DNA of 35,107 bases from a virus (Duplodnaviria; Caudoviricetes): positions 1-35,107 of IMG/VR virus record IMGVR_UViG_3300010376_002105; one strand, given 5' to 3'. Below, piece by piece: positions 25,235 through 34,594 of this stretch. The position numbers and the translations under genes were made by a program. Below the pieces are notes generated by a model that worked only from the letters and a program-made list of their open reading frames with translations, was not told the DNA's origin and searched no databases. The stretch's first letter is position 1, and each line of letters begins with the position of its first letter.

Positions 25235-25816
25235 ATGCCGTTACAAATGTCTGATGGAATGGCCGCGGCACTGGCGGCGCCGATCGTGCGGCCGGCTCTG
25301 CTCGTGAAGATGCAATTCGCCGACTCGATCGGTTATGCCTGGTCGGGTCTCGGCGATCTCACCTGGTCGGGGATGACTTTCAAAGGCGTCGGCGACTTCG
25401 GCGGCGTGGATCCGATCGAGGAAGGCTTCGACGTCGAGAACCGCGGGATAAAGCTCTCGCTCTCGGGGATCTCGTCGACGCTGGCGCCGGAAGTGCTGAC
25501 AGAGACGCGGATCCTTAATCCGGTAACGATATGGCTCGCGCTCTTCGATACGACCGGCGCGATCATTCCGGATCCGATCGTCGCATGGGTCGGTTATATG
25601 GATCAGCCGCGGATCGTCGACGGCGGCGATCAGATCACGGCCGAGATCGCCGTCGAGGATGATCTCGGAGATCTTAATCGCGCGTGCTTCCGTCGCTATA
25701 CGAACGAAGATCAGCAGAGCGATTATCCCGGCGATACGGGGATGCAGTACGTCGCCGGCCTGCAGGAACAAATCACATTTTGGGGAACGCAGCCGAGCTC
25801 GATTAACAATGTCTAG
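25235..25816 (+). CDS. tail hub / gpL-like (DUF2163-related) protein
   Basis: P.LLV...F......WSG.G.L.W.G..F.GVG..G....IEE; L.LSGI; G.MD; RRYT.EDQQ..YPGD.G..YV; I.WG. Confidence 0.8.
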   Translation: MPLQMSDGMAAALAAPIVRPALLVKMQFADSIGYAWSGLGDLTWSGMTFKGVGDFGGVDPIEEGFDVENRGIKLSLSGISSTLAPEVLTETRILNPVTIWLALFDTTGAIIPDPIVAWVGYMDQPRIVDGGDQITAEIAVEDDLGDLNRACFRRYTNEDQQSDYPGDTGMQYVAGLQEQITFWGTQPSSINNV

Positions 25817-26243
25817 CCTGCGACGTCTTCCGGACTGGCAGTCGCGACTGAGCGAATACGTTCTTCAGAACGCGCGCCGGCCGTTTCGTTATGGCGAGCT
25901 CGACTGCGGTCTCTTCGTCGCCGGCGCGATCGAAGCGATGACCGGCGTCGACGTCGCGGCCGAGCTGCGCGGTTACACGTGCCGGCGCCAGGCCTTCGAC
26001 CGCATCGCCGCGGCGTGCGGATCTCGATCGATGTCTGCAATCGCTGATCACCTGGCCGCGAAGTTCGGGATCCTCGAGATCTCGCCGGCGCTCGCGCAGC
26101 GCGGCGACGCCGTGCAGCTCGAGCGCGGAGCGAAGGCGAAGCTCGGCGTCGTCGCAATGAACGGTCTCGAGATCTTGATTCCGTATCGCGCCGGCCTGCT
26201 GCGCGTGCCGAAGCAGCTCGTCGTGCGGGCCTGGCATGTTTAA
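25809..26243 (+). CDS. DUF6950-like NlpC/P60-related tail tip protein
   Basis: R.PDW..RL..Y......RPF.YG..DC..F.A.AI.AMTGVD; AQRGD; AW.V. Confidence 0.85.
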   Translation: MSSLRRLPDWQSRLSEYVLQNARRPFRYGELDCGLFVAGAIEAMTGVDVAAELRGYTCRRQAFDRIAAACGSRSMSAIADHLAAKFGILEISPALAQRGDAVQLERGAKAKLGVVAMNGLEILIPYRAGLLRVPKQLVVRAWHV

Positions 26244-26338
26244 CTGCGGCCTTCTTCAACTGAATCTCTAGATATCCATACCCGGGTGTCCCTTTGCGGC
26301 GAGCCGACAAGGTACACTTTTTCGCAAAGGTGCTCCCG

Positions 26339-26857
26339 ATGAACAAGTGTGTTGAGATTGGGCTATTGACCCTTTGTGTCTTTCTCTGCGGATGTGACGC
26401 CGACCGGATCGCGAAGCTCGAAAAAGAAAATGCGGACTTGAAAGCTAAGGTCGAGAAAGTCGAGAAGCAACAAGCCGCCTCTGATTACGATCTTCAGGCG
26501 AAATGCGCCAGAGACGCGCGAACGTGGTTCAACCAGAGTTGGTCACACGATAAAACGACGCTGCTGCTCGACTTCAGCAATCACTACAGCGCCGCACACA
26601 ACAAATGCTTCATCGTCGTCGAGTGGCATTACAGTTCCGGTCTTGCCGGTCGCGTCTCGGATACTTCATGGACGAACGACACGAGTCTGTGGAACGTCTA
26701 CGAGAATACGAAGGACGCTGAGTTCGTTGAAAATCATTACATCGATCTGAAGACGAACATCAGCCCGCGTGATGACGTGATCACATGCCAGGTGACGGGA
26801 GATAACTGCAAGACATACGCAGACTTCAACAATCGTGCCGCCCAGTACGTAAAGTGA
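26339..26857 (+). CDS. lipoprotein moron
   Basis: Hydrophobic signal ending in a lipobox-like LCG|C; coiled coil; four further Cys; NHY....NKCF; lacks the phage word bias. Confidence 0.75.
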   Translation: MNKCVEIGLLTLCVFLCGCDADRIAKLEKENADLKAKVEKVEKQQAASDYDLQAKCARDARTWFNQSWSHDKTTLLLDFSNHYSAAHNKCFIVVEWHYSSGLAGRVSDTSWTNDTSLWNVYENTKDAEFVENHYIDLKTNISPRDDVITCQVTGDNCKTYADFNNRAAQYVK

Positions 26858-26944
26858 AAAGCGCGGAAAAACGAGCCGTTACGCCGTGCGCGAGATCGAG
26901 CAGCTCGAGCGGCCGGCGCAGGCGTCGCTCTTTTAGGAGTTCGA

Positions 26945-28771
26945 ATGTCGAAAGCAATCACAGAAGTCGCGATCGGCGCCGCAGCGATCGGCGTCTCGAT
27001 CGCGGTCCCTGGTCTCGGGATCGCGATGCCGTCGATCATCACGAAAACGCTGCTGTCGCTCGGCGCGTCTGAGCTCATGACCGGCCTGGCCGACGCGCTC
27101 AAGAAAAACCAGGGCGGATTATCGGTCGCCGTCACGACGCCGATCGGGCCGTGGGCTTACGTCTACGGGACGCAGAAAGTCGGCGGCGTCGAGATCTTCA
27201 GACAAAGCAATAACAATACCGGCGTGGCCGGCGCGACGACATCGAACTGGAAACAGCTTCACAGGGTTTACGTTCTCGCCTGCCATCCGTGCGCGCTCGG
27301 TCCCTGGCAGTTGCGGATCGACGGCAAACAAGTTCTGATGAATCCGGATACGGCGACGACGGCGAGCTTTAAAAGCTACTCGCCGACGCAGGTGCAGGCG
27401 AATATATTGTCGATCTTGCGCGACGCAGATGGACTCGTGACCGTAAAGCTCGATCGCGATTTCGGGAATCTCGACGGCCAGTCGATACAGATTACCGAGT
27501 GCAGCGATCACTCGTTTAATCAGATCGCGATCGTGACGCTGCCGGATCCAAGCGACGGAACGGTTTTTCAGTTCGTCTCTGGCGGGCCGGTTACTTCGGT
27601 CGCAAATTCCGGCCAGGCCTGGTCGCTCTTCGCCGATTATCAAGATAAGATCCGGGTCGAGTTTCTCGACGGTACGCACACGTCGACGTTCGAAGTGCTC
27701 GGGAACGCCGGCACGGCATGGGGGCCGAACGATAAGCTGCTCGGCCGCTGCGCGGTTTACGTGCAGATGGGTTACGACTCGACGATCTTTCCGTCGCAGA
27801 TCCCGAACGTTAGCTTCGTGATCGACGGCAAAAACGACATCCTCGATCCGCGCACGAATACGCGCGGCTTTACCAGGAACGCCGCGCTCTGCATCGCCGA
27901 CTATATGAGCATTCCGCGCACGAAAGGCGGCTTCGGCCTGGCGATCGGAACGGATCAGCCGACGGCGCAGCTGATCGCCGCGGCGAATATCTGCGACGAG
28001 ACGGTCGATCTCGCTTCCGGCGGCCACACTAAGCGATACACCTGCAATACGTTTTTTCAGCTCAACGAAACGCGCGGCACGATCCTGTCGAAGATGCTCT
28101 CGAGCTGCGCCGGCCGCATCGTTCGGCAGCAGGGGCAAAGATGGGTGATGCCTGGCGCCTGGCAGGCGCCGACGCTCGAGCTCTACGATTCGGATCTGAT
28201 CGGGCCGATCGAGTGGAACGGCCGACTCTCGATCCGCGCGACGGCGAACGCGATAAAAGGAACGTACGTCTCGCCGGAAGGTGCCTATCAGCAGGCCGAC
28301 GTGCCGGCGTATATGCAGGATTACAAGCACGGATTCGGCGCGATGACGGATCCCGGCCAGGGCGATAAATGGCTGCTCGAGGATAACGGCGAGCGGCTCT
28401 TTCAAGAGGCGAGCTTCCCCTGCACGGATTCCGCGGCCGAAGCGCAGCGGCTCGAGAAAATCGCGCTGCTGCGTCTGAGGCATCAAGGCCGCGGCCGGAT
28501 CCGCGCGAGCATGAAGGCGTATCGCACGATCGCGACCGACACGATTCATCTCTATCATCCGCGCTGGAATACGCCAGGTACTCAAGACTGGAATCCGCGC
28601 ACGCTCGAGGTCACGAAGAAACGGCTCGTCATAGACAAGTCGGCCGGCGCGCCGACGATCGCCGTCGAGCTCGAGGTCGCCGACACAGGATCCGATATTT
28701 TCGACTGGTCGACGGCCGAAGAGCTGACCCCAGCCGGCTATCAGCAGACATACACCCCGGCGAGTCTCTGA
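26945..28771 (+). CDS. tail tip / host specificity protein (lambda J-like), possibly C-terminally truncated or split
   Basis: YVYG..KVGG, W....KL.G...VYV...YD...FP..IPN.SF..DGK..I.DPR, N.ALCIADY, AAANICDETV, RYTCN, N.IKGTYVSP. Confidence 0.88.
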   Translation: MSKAITEVAIGAAAIGVSIAVPGLGIAMPSIITKTLLSLGASELMTGLADALKKNQGGLSVAVTTPIGPWAYVYGTQKVGGVEIFRQSNNNTGVAGATTSNWKQLHRVYVLACHPCALGPWQLRIDGKQVLMNPDTATTASFKSYSPTQVQANILSILRDADGLVTVKLDRDFGNLDGQSIQITECSDHSFNQIAIVTLPDPSDGTVFQFVSGGPVTSVANSGQAWSLFADYQDKIRVEFLDGTHTSTFEVLGNAGTAWGPNDKLLGRCAVYVQMGYDSTIFPSQIPNVSFVIDGKNDILDPRTNTRGFTRNAALCIADYMSIPRTKGGFGLAIGTDQPTAQLIAAANICDETVDLASGGHTKRYTCNTFFQLNETRGTILSKMLSSCAGRIVRQQGQRWVMPGAWQAPTLELYDSDLIGPIEWNGRLSIRATANAIKGTYVSPEGAYQQADVPAYMQDYKHGFGAMTDPGQGDKWLLEDNGERLFQEASFPCTDSAAEAQRLEKIALLRLRHQGRGRIRASMKAYRTIATDTIHLYHPRWNTPGTQDWNPRTLEVTKKRLVIDKSAGAPTIAVELEVADTGSDIFDWSTAEELTPAGYQQTYTPASL

Positions 28772-28811
28772 ACCGTGTCTTCGGCGACAGATCGTCGACT
28801 CAGTAATGTCT

Positions 28812-31265
28812 TTATATGTTACCTTGAGCAATCAGCTTATTCCGGAATGCATCTGACAGTCGTGGAGGCGAATAGAGAATGCGATCAAGCCATGTGACAA
28901 CATCATAGAAGTAACTGTCGGCCTGGATGTACTTAGTGAGCACATCGTCTATTTCGCTTTTCTCATGGCGCCGAATCAGAGCAGACAAAGCCCCAATTCG
29001 AAACGCTTTCTCTTTATCGTGCAAACATTCTCTTAAGACCTGATCAAGATTGAAGGATGTCTGCGAGATTAGCCAAGACATCGCGATCTTCGAGAGACCG
29101 CTATTCTCGCTAAGGACCAGTTCACGCCACGTTTCCAATGGATCTGAGGAAAGTTTCAGCGCACCTAGGGCTGCTTTCTTTTGTCGCTCACCGTAAGTAT
29201 CAAATGCCATCTTTAGCAGGTCTTGCACTTCATCTGAAGTTCCAAATTGTAGGACAACCTCAAGAGCGGCATCACGTGCACGATATGTGTCTTGCTTCAG
29301 ATAGGACTTTGCAATCTTGACACCTTCAGGAAACGGGTTCTTTGCAAGCCCTCGCAATGCAGCTTCCGCGAACTGCTCGCCGATGAATTGGTCCAGATTC
29401 TCGAACGATTCCTCAATTCTTCTTACTTCTTCAGGTCCCTGCGTTTCTCGAACTGGACGGAGGCTCTCTTCCCTGATTCTGCGAAATCCATCCGTGAAAT
29501 CTTGGATAAGAGTTGGCGCGATACTCTCGAAGTGATCTAGGGCGAGAGCTTCATAGGCTAAGCGCCCTTCAATTGAGTACCAATTGACAACCTCTTCTAG
29601 ATTATCTTTGCTGAAGGTACGAAAGAAACTGAGAATGACTGCATCATCCTTCGGGATCGAGTCATCTTCGTGCCCTCCTAGCGCCCCGACAAGCCCACCA
29701 TAGAGGGCGGCGTGCTGAGGATCGGGATCTTGCAATGCTTTTCGGACAAGATCAAGCGAAGGGAGAATTCCATTCTTCGCCAAAACCTGCAGCGAAATAG
29801 CTCTCACGGGTAGGGATGAATCGACCGAATATTTTTTGGCGATTTCGACCGAAATCTTTTCTCTCCTTGAGAGTTCCTGTAGGCACAATTGCCGTATCTG
29901 TTCCCATGAGCCATCCAATCCCTTCAGAAGAACAGCTTCACTTGCGTTGGATACATTCTGCTTCAAGACTTTCATCCAATCGGAAGAGATAGACTCATCT
30001 TTTGAAATCGCCTCTGTTAACGCATCATCGGGATGGAGGCGAACCAATATTCGAAATCTTGCGTCCTCCGCGCCGTTTATGATCCAGGAGTCCTTCTCTC
30101 CGGCCTTAAATTCCTCAAGAAATTTGATTGTCGAATCATCTCCAACTTCCGCAAGAAGCTTAAAAGCACTCTCGCGAACCCACAAAGATTCATCCTGGAT
30201 TGGGAGCATTGAAATCTGATGTTCCGGGATTGCAGCTTTCAGAAGAGTGAGGAGTTCCAATGCGCCTATGCGGACTTCGTCCGCGCGGTCATACATCGCA
30301 AGTTCAAAAATCCGGTTTTGGGCTTGAACATCGTCCTGATCTTGAAACCAAAACCATCCCGGATTCACATCCCCACTCTCACCGACGAAAGAACGAATCA
30401 ATTGAAGCTTTTCATCTTCTGCCGGTTTCAATTCATTTCGATGCTTATAGAGCAGATTGATTTCATGTGTATCAATAAGAGAATTCGTATATCGCTTAGA
30501 GATGAGTGTTTCCGACAGTAGAAAGAGACGCGCTACCTCAAATTCACTGAGGGTTCCCTCGCGTTCAAAGAAGCGGAGTCCATCGCTGGACGCTGCGCTG
30601 ACAAGCGTCTCTGATGTTGATTTGAGTTGAGGAGGAAGATAATTCGTCAAATCGGACGTTCCAGCGATCTCGATGTCTGCAGTTCCAACCAGATTAGAAC
30701 TCGATAGAGATGTTGCGTTCTTTTCTGGGATCTCCGGATGGTGAGCTGCAAATTCGAAGAGGTATTGGGGAAGCCAGAGATGGAGTTTGTCTCTCCAATC
30801 ATCGGAATGTTCGACTCTTGCGAATTTCACTTCATTGAGTTGAATCTGCTGCTTTTTGAACTCGAGTACCTTCTTTAACTGATCTCCGGGGTCTTTCGTT
30901 CTGCTTTCTTCCACATCTTTGAAGAACAGACAGATTTCGGGGCTTCCACTCCGTCTTCTGTTCGACTTTGCGCGCTCAAACTCTTCTTCAAACCCGGACG
31001 AATATCCTCCTGTTGGTTGACCCCACCTTTCCCAAAGGAGGCCGATGAAGAGATCGCAAGTGTCCAGAATCGGATTGATTGAATCCTGAGGTCTACCGAA
31101 TAGTGGAGGCGTGTCTTCCCAGAGACGAAGCTTAATGTCCCATCCCTGTCTGTTTGCGGTCGACTTGTTAACAAGTTCGACAACACGTTCGGCGATCTCT
31201 CTTTCCTTTTGAACATCACTCGGAGAGGCGAGAAAAATAGTAAAAAGCTGCTGAGTTCTCTGCAT
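28812..31265 (-). CDS. DUF4062 (TIR/deoxyribosyltransferase-like) domain plus HEAT/ARM-like repeats; defence candidate
   Basis: IFLASPSDV..ER, WE...P..GRPQ..IN..L..CDLFIGLLW.RWG.PTG...SG.EEEF; repeated VR..A...L helical units; lower GC. Confidence 0.8.
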   Translation of the reverse strand: MQRTQQLFTIFLASPSDVQKEREIAERVVELVNKSTANRQGWDIKLRLWEDTPPLFGRPQDSINPILDTCDLFIGLLWERWGQPTGGYSSGFEEEFERAKSNRRRSGSPEICLFFKDVEESRTKDPGDQLKKVLEFKKQQIQLNEVKFARVEHSDDWRDKLHLWLPQYLFEFAAHHPEIPEKNATSLSSSNLVGTADIEIAGTSDLTNYLPPQLKSTSETLVSAASSDGLRFFEREGTLSEFEVARLFLLSETLISKRYTNSLIDTHEINLLYKHRNELKPAEDEKLQLIRSFVGESGDVNPGWFWFQDQDDVQAQNRIFELAMYDRADEVRIGALELLTLLKAAIPEHQISMLPIQDESLWVRESAFKLLAEVGDDSTIKFLEEFKAGEKDSWIINGAEDARFRILVRLHPDDALTEAISKDESISSDWMKVLKQNVSNASEAVLLKGLDGSWEQIRQLCLQELSRREKISVEIAKKYSVDSSLPVRAISLQVLAKNGILPSLDLVRKALQDPDPQHAALYGGLVGALGGHEDDSIPKDDAVILSFFRTFSKDNLEEVVNWYSIEGRLAYEALALDHFESIAPTLIQDFTDGFRRIREESLRPVRETQGPEEVRRIEESFENLDQFIGEQFAEAALRGLAKNPFPEGVKIAKSYLKQDTYRARDAALEVVLQFGTSDEVQDLLKMAFDTYGERQKKAALGALKLSSDPLETWRELVLSENSGLSKIAMSWLISQTSFNLDQVLRECLHDKEKAFRIGALSALIRRHEKSEIDDVLTKYIQADSYFYDVVTWLDRILYSPPRLSDAFRNKLIAQGNI

Positions 31266-31388
31266 GTTGTTTCTCAAAATTATCGAGGGATGGCCTCAGA
31301 AAGGCAAAGAATCGTCTCTAGGACGCGGTAATGTTGACTGCAGGTTTTACGGAAATGAGCAATTTCTTGATCGGTTCGCCCAATCCGA

Positions 31389-32330
31389 TTACGTCTCTTT
31401 GACCACGTCTTGTGGCTTCTTGTCGCGCCGCAATCCGACGAACGACGCGTGCCGCAGCCGGTCGTCCGGTGTCCACTCGGCGAACTCGATCTCGGCAACT
31501 GCCTGAGGTTTGAGCCACTGGCATTCCTTCATCTTCTCTGCAGTGATCCCCTGTCCCCATACGCCGGCGCGCTTGTCCGGCAGGTTCGCGAAGGGACACT
31601 GCGCGATCTCCAGCTGCTTGACCTGGTCGTGCACCTCGCGCCGCATCGGCGGATTGAATCCGGCTCGGACGCTGCCGGCGAATCGCAGCTCCTTTCCGCG
31701 GTAGAAGCCGACCAGGAGCGCGTCGAGACCGAGGTAACTCGGCGTGTAGCCGCCGATCACAAACTCCTGCCGGCGATCGAAGCGCAACTTCACCCATGAG
31801 CCCGATCGCCCTTCGCTCACGTAGGAGCTGTCAGCTCGTTTGGCAACAATTCCCTCGAGCCCCTGCTCTCTGACGAAGCGTTCCAGGCCTGCCAGGTTGT
31901 CAGTCCACTCTGCGACCTGAACGTGACTGCTGCGCTTCACCGTCGACCGGAGCAGCGCGCGACGATCAGACAGCGGCAGCGTCTTGACGTCCTTGCCCTT
32001 GTGGACCAGGATGTCGAACGCAAAATACATCAGGTGGGCCGAGCCGCTGCGGTAATTCTGCAGCAGGTTGAAGCGAGGCAGGCCATCCTCATTCAGGGCC
32101 ACCAGCTCACCATCGAGCACCGTTTCCGATGGCAGCTTCTCGAGCTCCAGCGCGATCGGCATGAACTGGCTGGTCAGGAGCTTCCCTTGCTTTGAGTAGA
32201 GGATGACATGATCGGTGCGTACGGCTACGGCGCGAAAGCCGTCGAGCTTCACTTCATACGTCCACCTGCCGCCGGTGGGCAGCTTCTTCACGGCGACGGT
32301 CTCCATCGGCTTTATGAAGCGGGCGTTCAC
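31389..32330 (-). CDS. ligD: ATP-dependent DNA ligase (LigD ligase domain only)
   Basis: Motif I EVKLDGFR, LDGELV, FAFDIL, EGIVAKR, WVK, EFVIGGYT, V.EIEF.EWT...LRH.SF.GLR.DK. Confidence 0.93.
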   Translation of the reverse strand: MNARFIKPMETVAVKKLPTGGRWTYEVKLDGFRAVAVRTDHVILYSKQGKLLTSQFMPIALELEKLPSETVLDGELVALNEDGLPRFNLLQNYRSGSAHLMYFAFDILVHKGKDVKTLPLSDRRALLRSTVKRSSHVQVAEWTDNLAGLERFVREQGLEGIVAKRADSSYVSEGRSGSWVKLRFDRRQEFVIGGYTPSYLGLDALLVGFYRGKELRFAGSVRAGFNPPMRREVHDQVKQLEIAQCPFANLPDKRAGVWGQGITAEKMKECQWLKPQAVAEIEFAEWTPDDRLRHASFVGLRRDKKPQDVVKET

Positions 32331-32351
32331 GACCCGATCATAGACTCCCCC

Positions 32352-33302
32352 TCAAGGGCTGGGTTCGATGCCGATCCGATCATTGACAGCCGCTCGAATG
32401 CGCTGCTTGGAACCCAGGTATCGTTCCGTGGTCTGAATGGAGACGTGGCCGAGCAGGAATTGGATCTGCTCCAACTCGCCACCGGCAGCTTGGCATAGTC
32501 GAGCGCATGTCCGCCTCAGGTCATGGGGTGCAAGCCTGACGACGCCAATCTTTTGGGAGTTGTGCTTCACGATGTGCCAGACCGCCTTCTCGGTCACTCC
32601 GTCTCCCCAGATCGTTCCTACCCGGCTCACTCTGCGGAAAACCTTTCCCTGTCGGATTCCCGCTGAAGTGAGCCATTGATCCAGCTCAGCCCATACCCAA
32701 TCTGGGATTGGCACTGTTCGGATGTGTCCGGCCTTGCCGACAAGGTCAACGATCGCCCAATGCTCCTCGCGTTGCTGAATGTCGGTCAGCCTAAGATGTG
32801 CCGCTTCGCGTCTTCTCAGGCCGCATGCCAGCAACAAAGCAAGCAGCGCTCGATCTCGCTTTCCTTTCAGCACCCGACTGTCTGGCGCCTGCCACAGTGC
32901 TTGCCCCTGCTCTGGCGTGAGCCAATTGCCGAGGCGAACCCCGAGCTTCTTTAGCCCCTTGACCCGGCGGATGCCTGCAGCAAGGTCGGAACTGAGCAGG
33001 CCGCAGTCGGCGGCTTCATACGCCAGCCGTCGAACCGCGCCTAGTCGGAGGTTGATTGTGCCCGGTGCGAGCATCCTCGATTCCAGATGGCTTCGGTACC
33101 GGAGGACTACAGTCCGATTGAGCGCCAGACGCGGCTCAGAGCAGTACCATTCAATAAACTCATCGATTGCGTGCTGGTACCCGCGCTGGGCGTCAGGACT
33201 CGTAAGGCTGTTCAGGACCGCAATTTTGGCATGTTCAAGATCGGGAAGCCGCAGAACCCTGCGCGGCTTCTTTCGCCTGTCTCGGGGACGCTTCGACTTC
33301 AT
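32352..33302 (-). CDS. tyrosine recombinase / phage integrase family
   Basis: RDRALLALL..CGLRR.E, GK.G..R.VP, HDLRRTCA, QFLLGH.S..TTERY catalytic residues; the start could be 33335. Confidence 0.95.
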   Translation of the reverse strand: MKSKRPRDRRKKPRRVLRLPDLEHAKIAVLNSLTSPDAQRGYQHAIDEFIEWYCSEPRLALNRTVVLRYRSHLESRMLAPGTINLRLGAVRRLAYEAADCGLLSSDLAAGIRRVKGLKKLGVRLGNWLTPEQGQALWQAPDSRVLKGKRDRALLALLLACGLRRREAAHLRLTDIQQREEHWAIVDLVGKAGHIRTVPIPDWVWAELDQWLTSAGIRQGKVFRRVSRVGTIWGDGVTEKAVWHIVKHNSQKIGVVRLAPHDLRRTCARLCQAAGGELEQIQFLLGHVSIQTTERYLGSKQRIRAAVNDRIGIEPSP

Positions 33303-33384
33303 GATTCGGTGGACCTCCAGCGCCAACAGAATCATGGTTTCGCGGTTCCCGACTGGGCCGTGCTAGGCGGGTCTGCAATCTGTT

Positions 33385-33506
33385 CCCGCGTAGTCCGGTT
33401 TACCGACAATCCGACCGGAATCTTGATATGCTACGCTCTCGGTGAAAGTTATGGCGAAAAGTTGGCGAAGCGCCCGCGTAAGTTCCGGTTAGCCGACAAC
33501 TCGGGA
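33385..33506. repeat. two related recombination-site-like motifs upstream of the recombinase
   Basis: CCCGCGTAGTCCGGTTTACCGACAATCCGACCGGAATC (33385-33422) and CCCGCGTAAGTTCCGGTTAGCCGACAACTCGGGA (33473-33506). Confidence 0.7.
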
Positions 33507-33609
33507 ACTATCGACGACAATACGTCCAGAACCCCCAATCCGAGCGCAAAATCGTCCTCCTTCTGCCTCGAGACAAAGTGGCCACTCTCGACCGAATGTG
33601 CACGACTTG

Positions 33610-34527
33610 TCAGCCATAGAAGTTCTGCAGGCCCCAGAAATTTAAGCCGTGCACAAGTACAGCAGGGAGCAGGCTCTTGGTGCGATGGGTGAGGTAGCCC
33701 CAAAGAAAACCAATCGGCATGATCTGCAGAGTTGATAGGAACGCAGAAAGCCAAGTGCCGTGGAGGTTTGCTGCATGGAATTCCGGTATGTGCAAGCACG
33801 CCCACAAGAATGTCGCTGTCACGAAGCCCATGCCGGTGCTCCTGAATGCGGCACCTAGACGCGTCTGCAGGAGCATACGCGTGAACTCTTCACTGAGAGC
33901 TGCCTCCACAAAGCCAATCCATAGCAGCCACCACAGACCCCAGGAGTGAATGAGCTTCTTCCAGAGAATCCCACCGGGCGCAACAACAAAAGCCATGGTC
34001 CCGATGAGTCCCACTACGACGGGGCCAAGGTACCAGCGTTTCATCGTGATGCCCAGTTCCCGAAGTTTGTATCGATACCCAAAAAGATACAGTAGCGCCA
34101 GACCGATCGGGAACACGAACATCATCAGGACGAGAAAGATCCCACGTTCGATCGGAGGTAAACCAACAGGTCCAGCCCAGGGACCGCGAAAGCGAAGGAA
34201 GAGACCACAGAAACCGAGTGCCGTAAATCCCAAGATGACGGCCGCTTCCGTGCCGACGGAATGATGGATCGGGAATCCCACCGCTGCCTGGGAGCTGGAG
34301 GTGACGAAATCCGTTACGAAGACACCGAGCCAAATAGCAGCAATATATCCAATCGCGTGCGGTATCTGATTTGTGCGAGCGCCCAAGTCTATAACGCGTA
34401 CGCATGCAGCGAGGACGATAAGCGCGGCGATGGGATAGCTGCGGACTATACCGTACTGGCGGCAGAAGGCGCAACGGATGCGGTCTTCTACCGAGAGCCG
34501 AGGCGTGGTCGAAGTAGCACTGCTCAT
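33610..34527 (-). CDS. CPBP family intramembrane glutamic endopeptidase (CAAX protease/Abi)
   Basis: Multiple TMs; EEFTR.LLQ, LWA.LH, G..WGYL..RT.SL...V..HG..F motifs; start placed at the ATG inside the flanking repeat. Confidence 0.9.
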   Translation of the reverse strand: MSSATSTTPRLSVEDRIRCAFCRQYGIVRSYPIAALIVLAACVRVIDLGARTNQIPHAIGYIAAIWLGVFVTDFVTSSSQAAVGFPIHHSVGTEAAVILGFTALGFCGLFLRFRGPWAGPVGLPPIERGIFLVLMMFVFPIGLALLYLFGYRYKLRELGITMKRWYLGPVVVGLIGTMAFVVAPGGILWKKLIHSWGLWWLLWIGFVEAALSEEFTRMLLQTRLGAAFRSTGMGFVTATFLWACLHIPEFHAANLHGTWLSAFLSTLQIMPIGFLWGYLTHRTKSLLPAVLVHGLNFWGLQNFYG

Positions 34528-34594
34528 TCCGCTAGCCCAGCATAGCGCAACGATTGAAATAGGAGACAGATAGCGTAACCGCACCGCCTGTAAC

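Larger units (their letters stand above)
1..28771 (+). mobile_element. HK97/lambda-like siphoviral prophage (left end outside window; right end near 28.8 kb, no att site seen)
   Basis: Co-oriented, often overlapping genes in canonical order replication-lysis-HNH-TerS-TerL-portal-protease-MCP-neck-tail-TMP-tail tip; uniform TCGA/GATC/CGCG-rich composition that ends near 28.8 kb. Confidence 0.95.

Noticed and set aside
27119-28831. 570-aa antisense ORF
   Set aside because: Shadow of the J-like gene; Arg-rich, no motifs, expected in high-GC coding DNA.
28797-31334. GACTCAGTAATGT (28797-28809) and GACGCGGTAATGT (31322-31334) flanking the DUF4062 gene; faint dif-like look at 28801-28825
   Set aside because: Only 11/13 identity and a poor match to XerC/XerD arms; could be chance.
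32352-33302. Recombinase as the prophage integrase or an integron integrase
   Set aside because: Composition differs from the phage, it is separated from it by foreign genes, no att pair is visible, and there are no attC-like sites or IntI-specific insertion.
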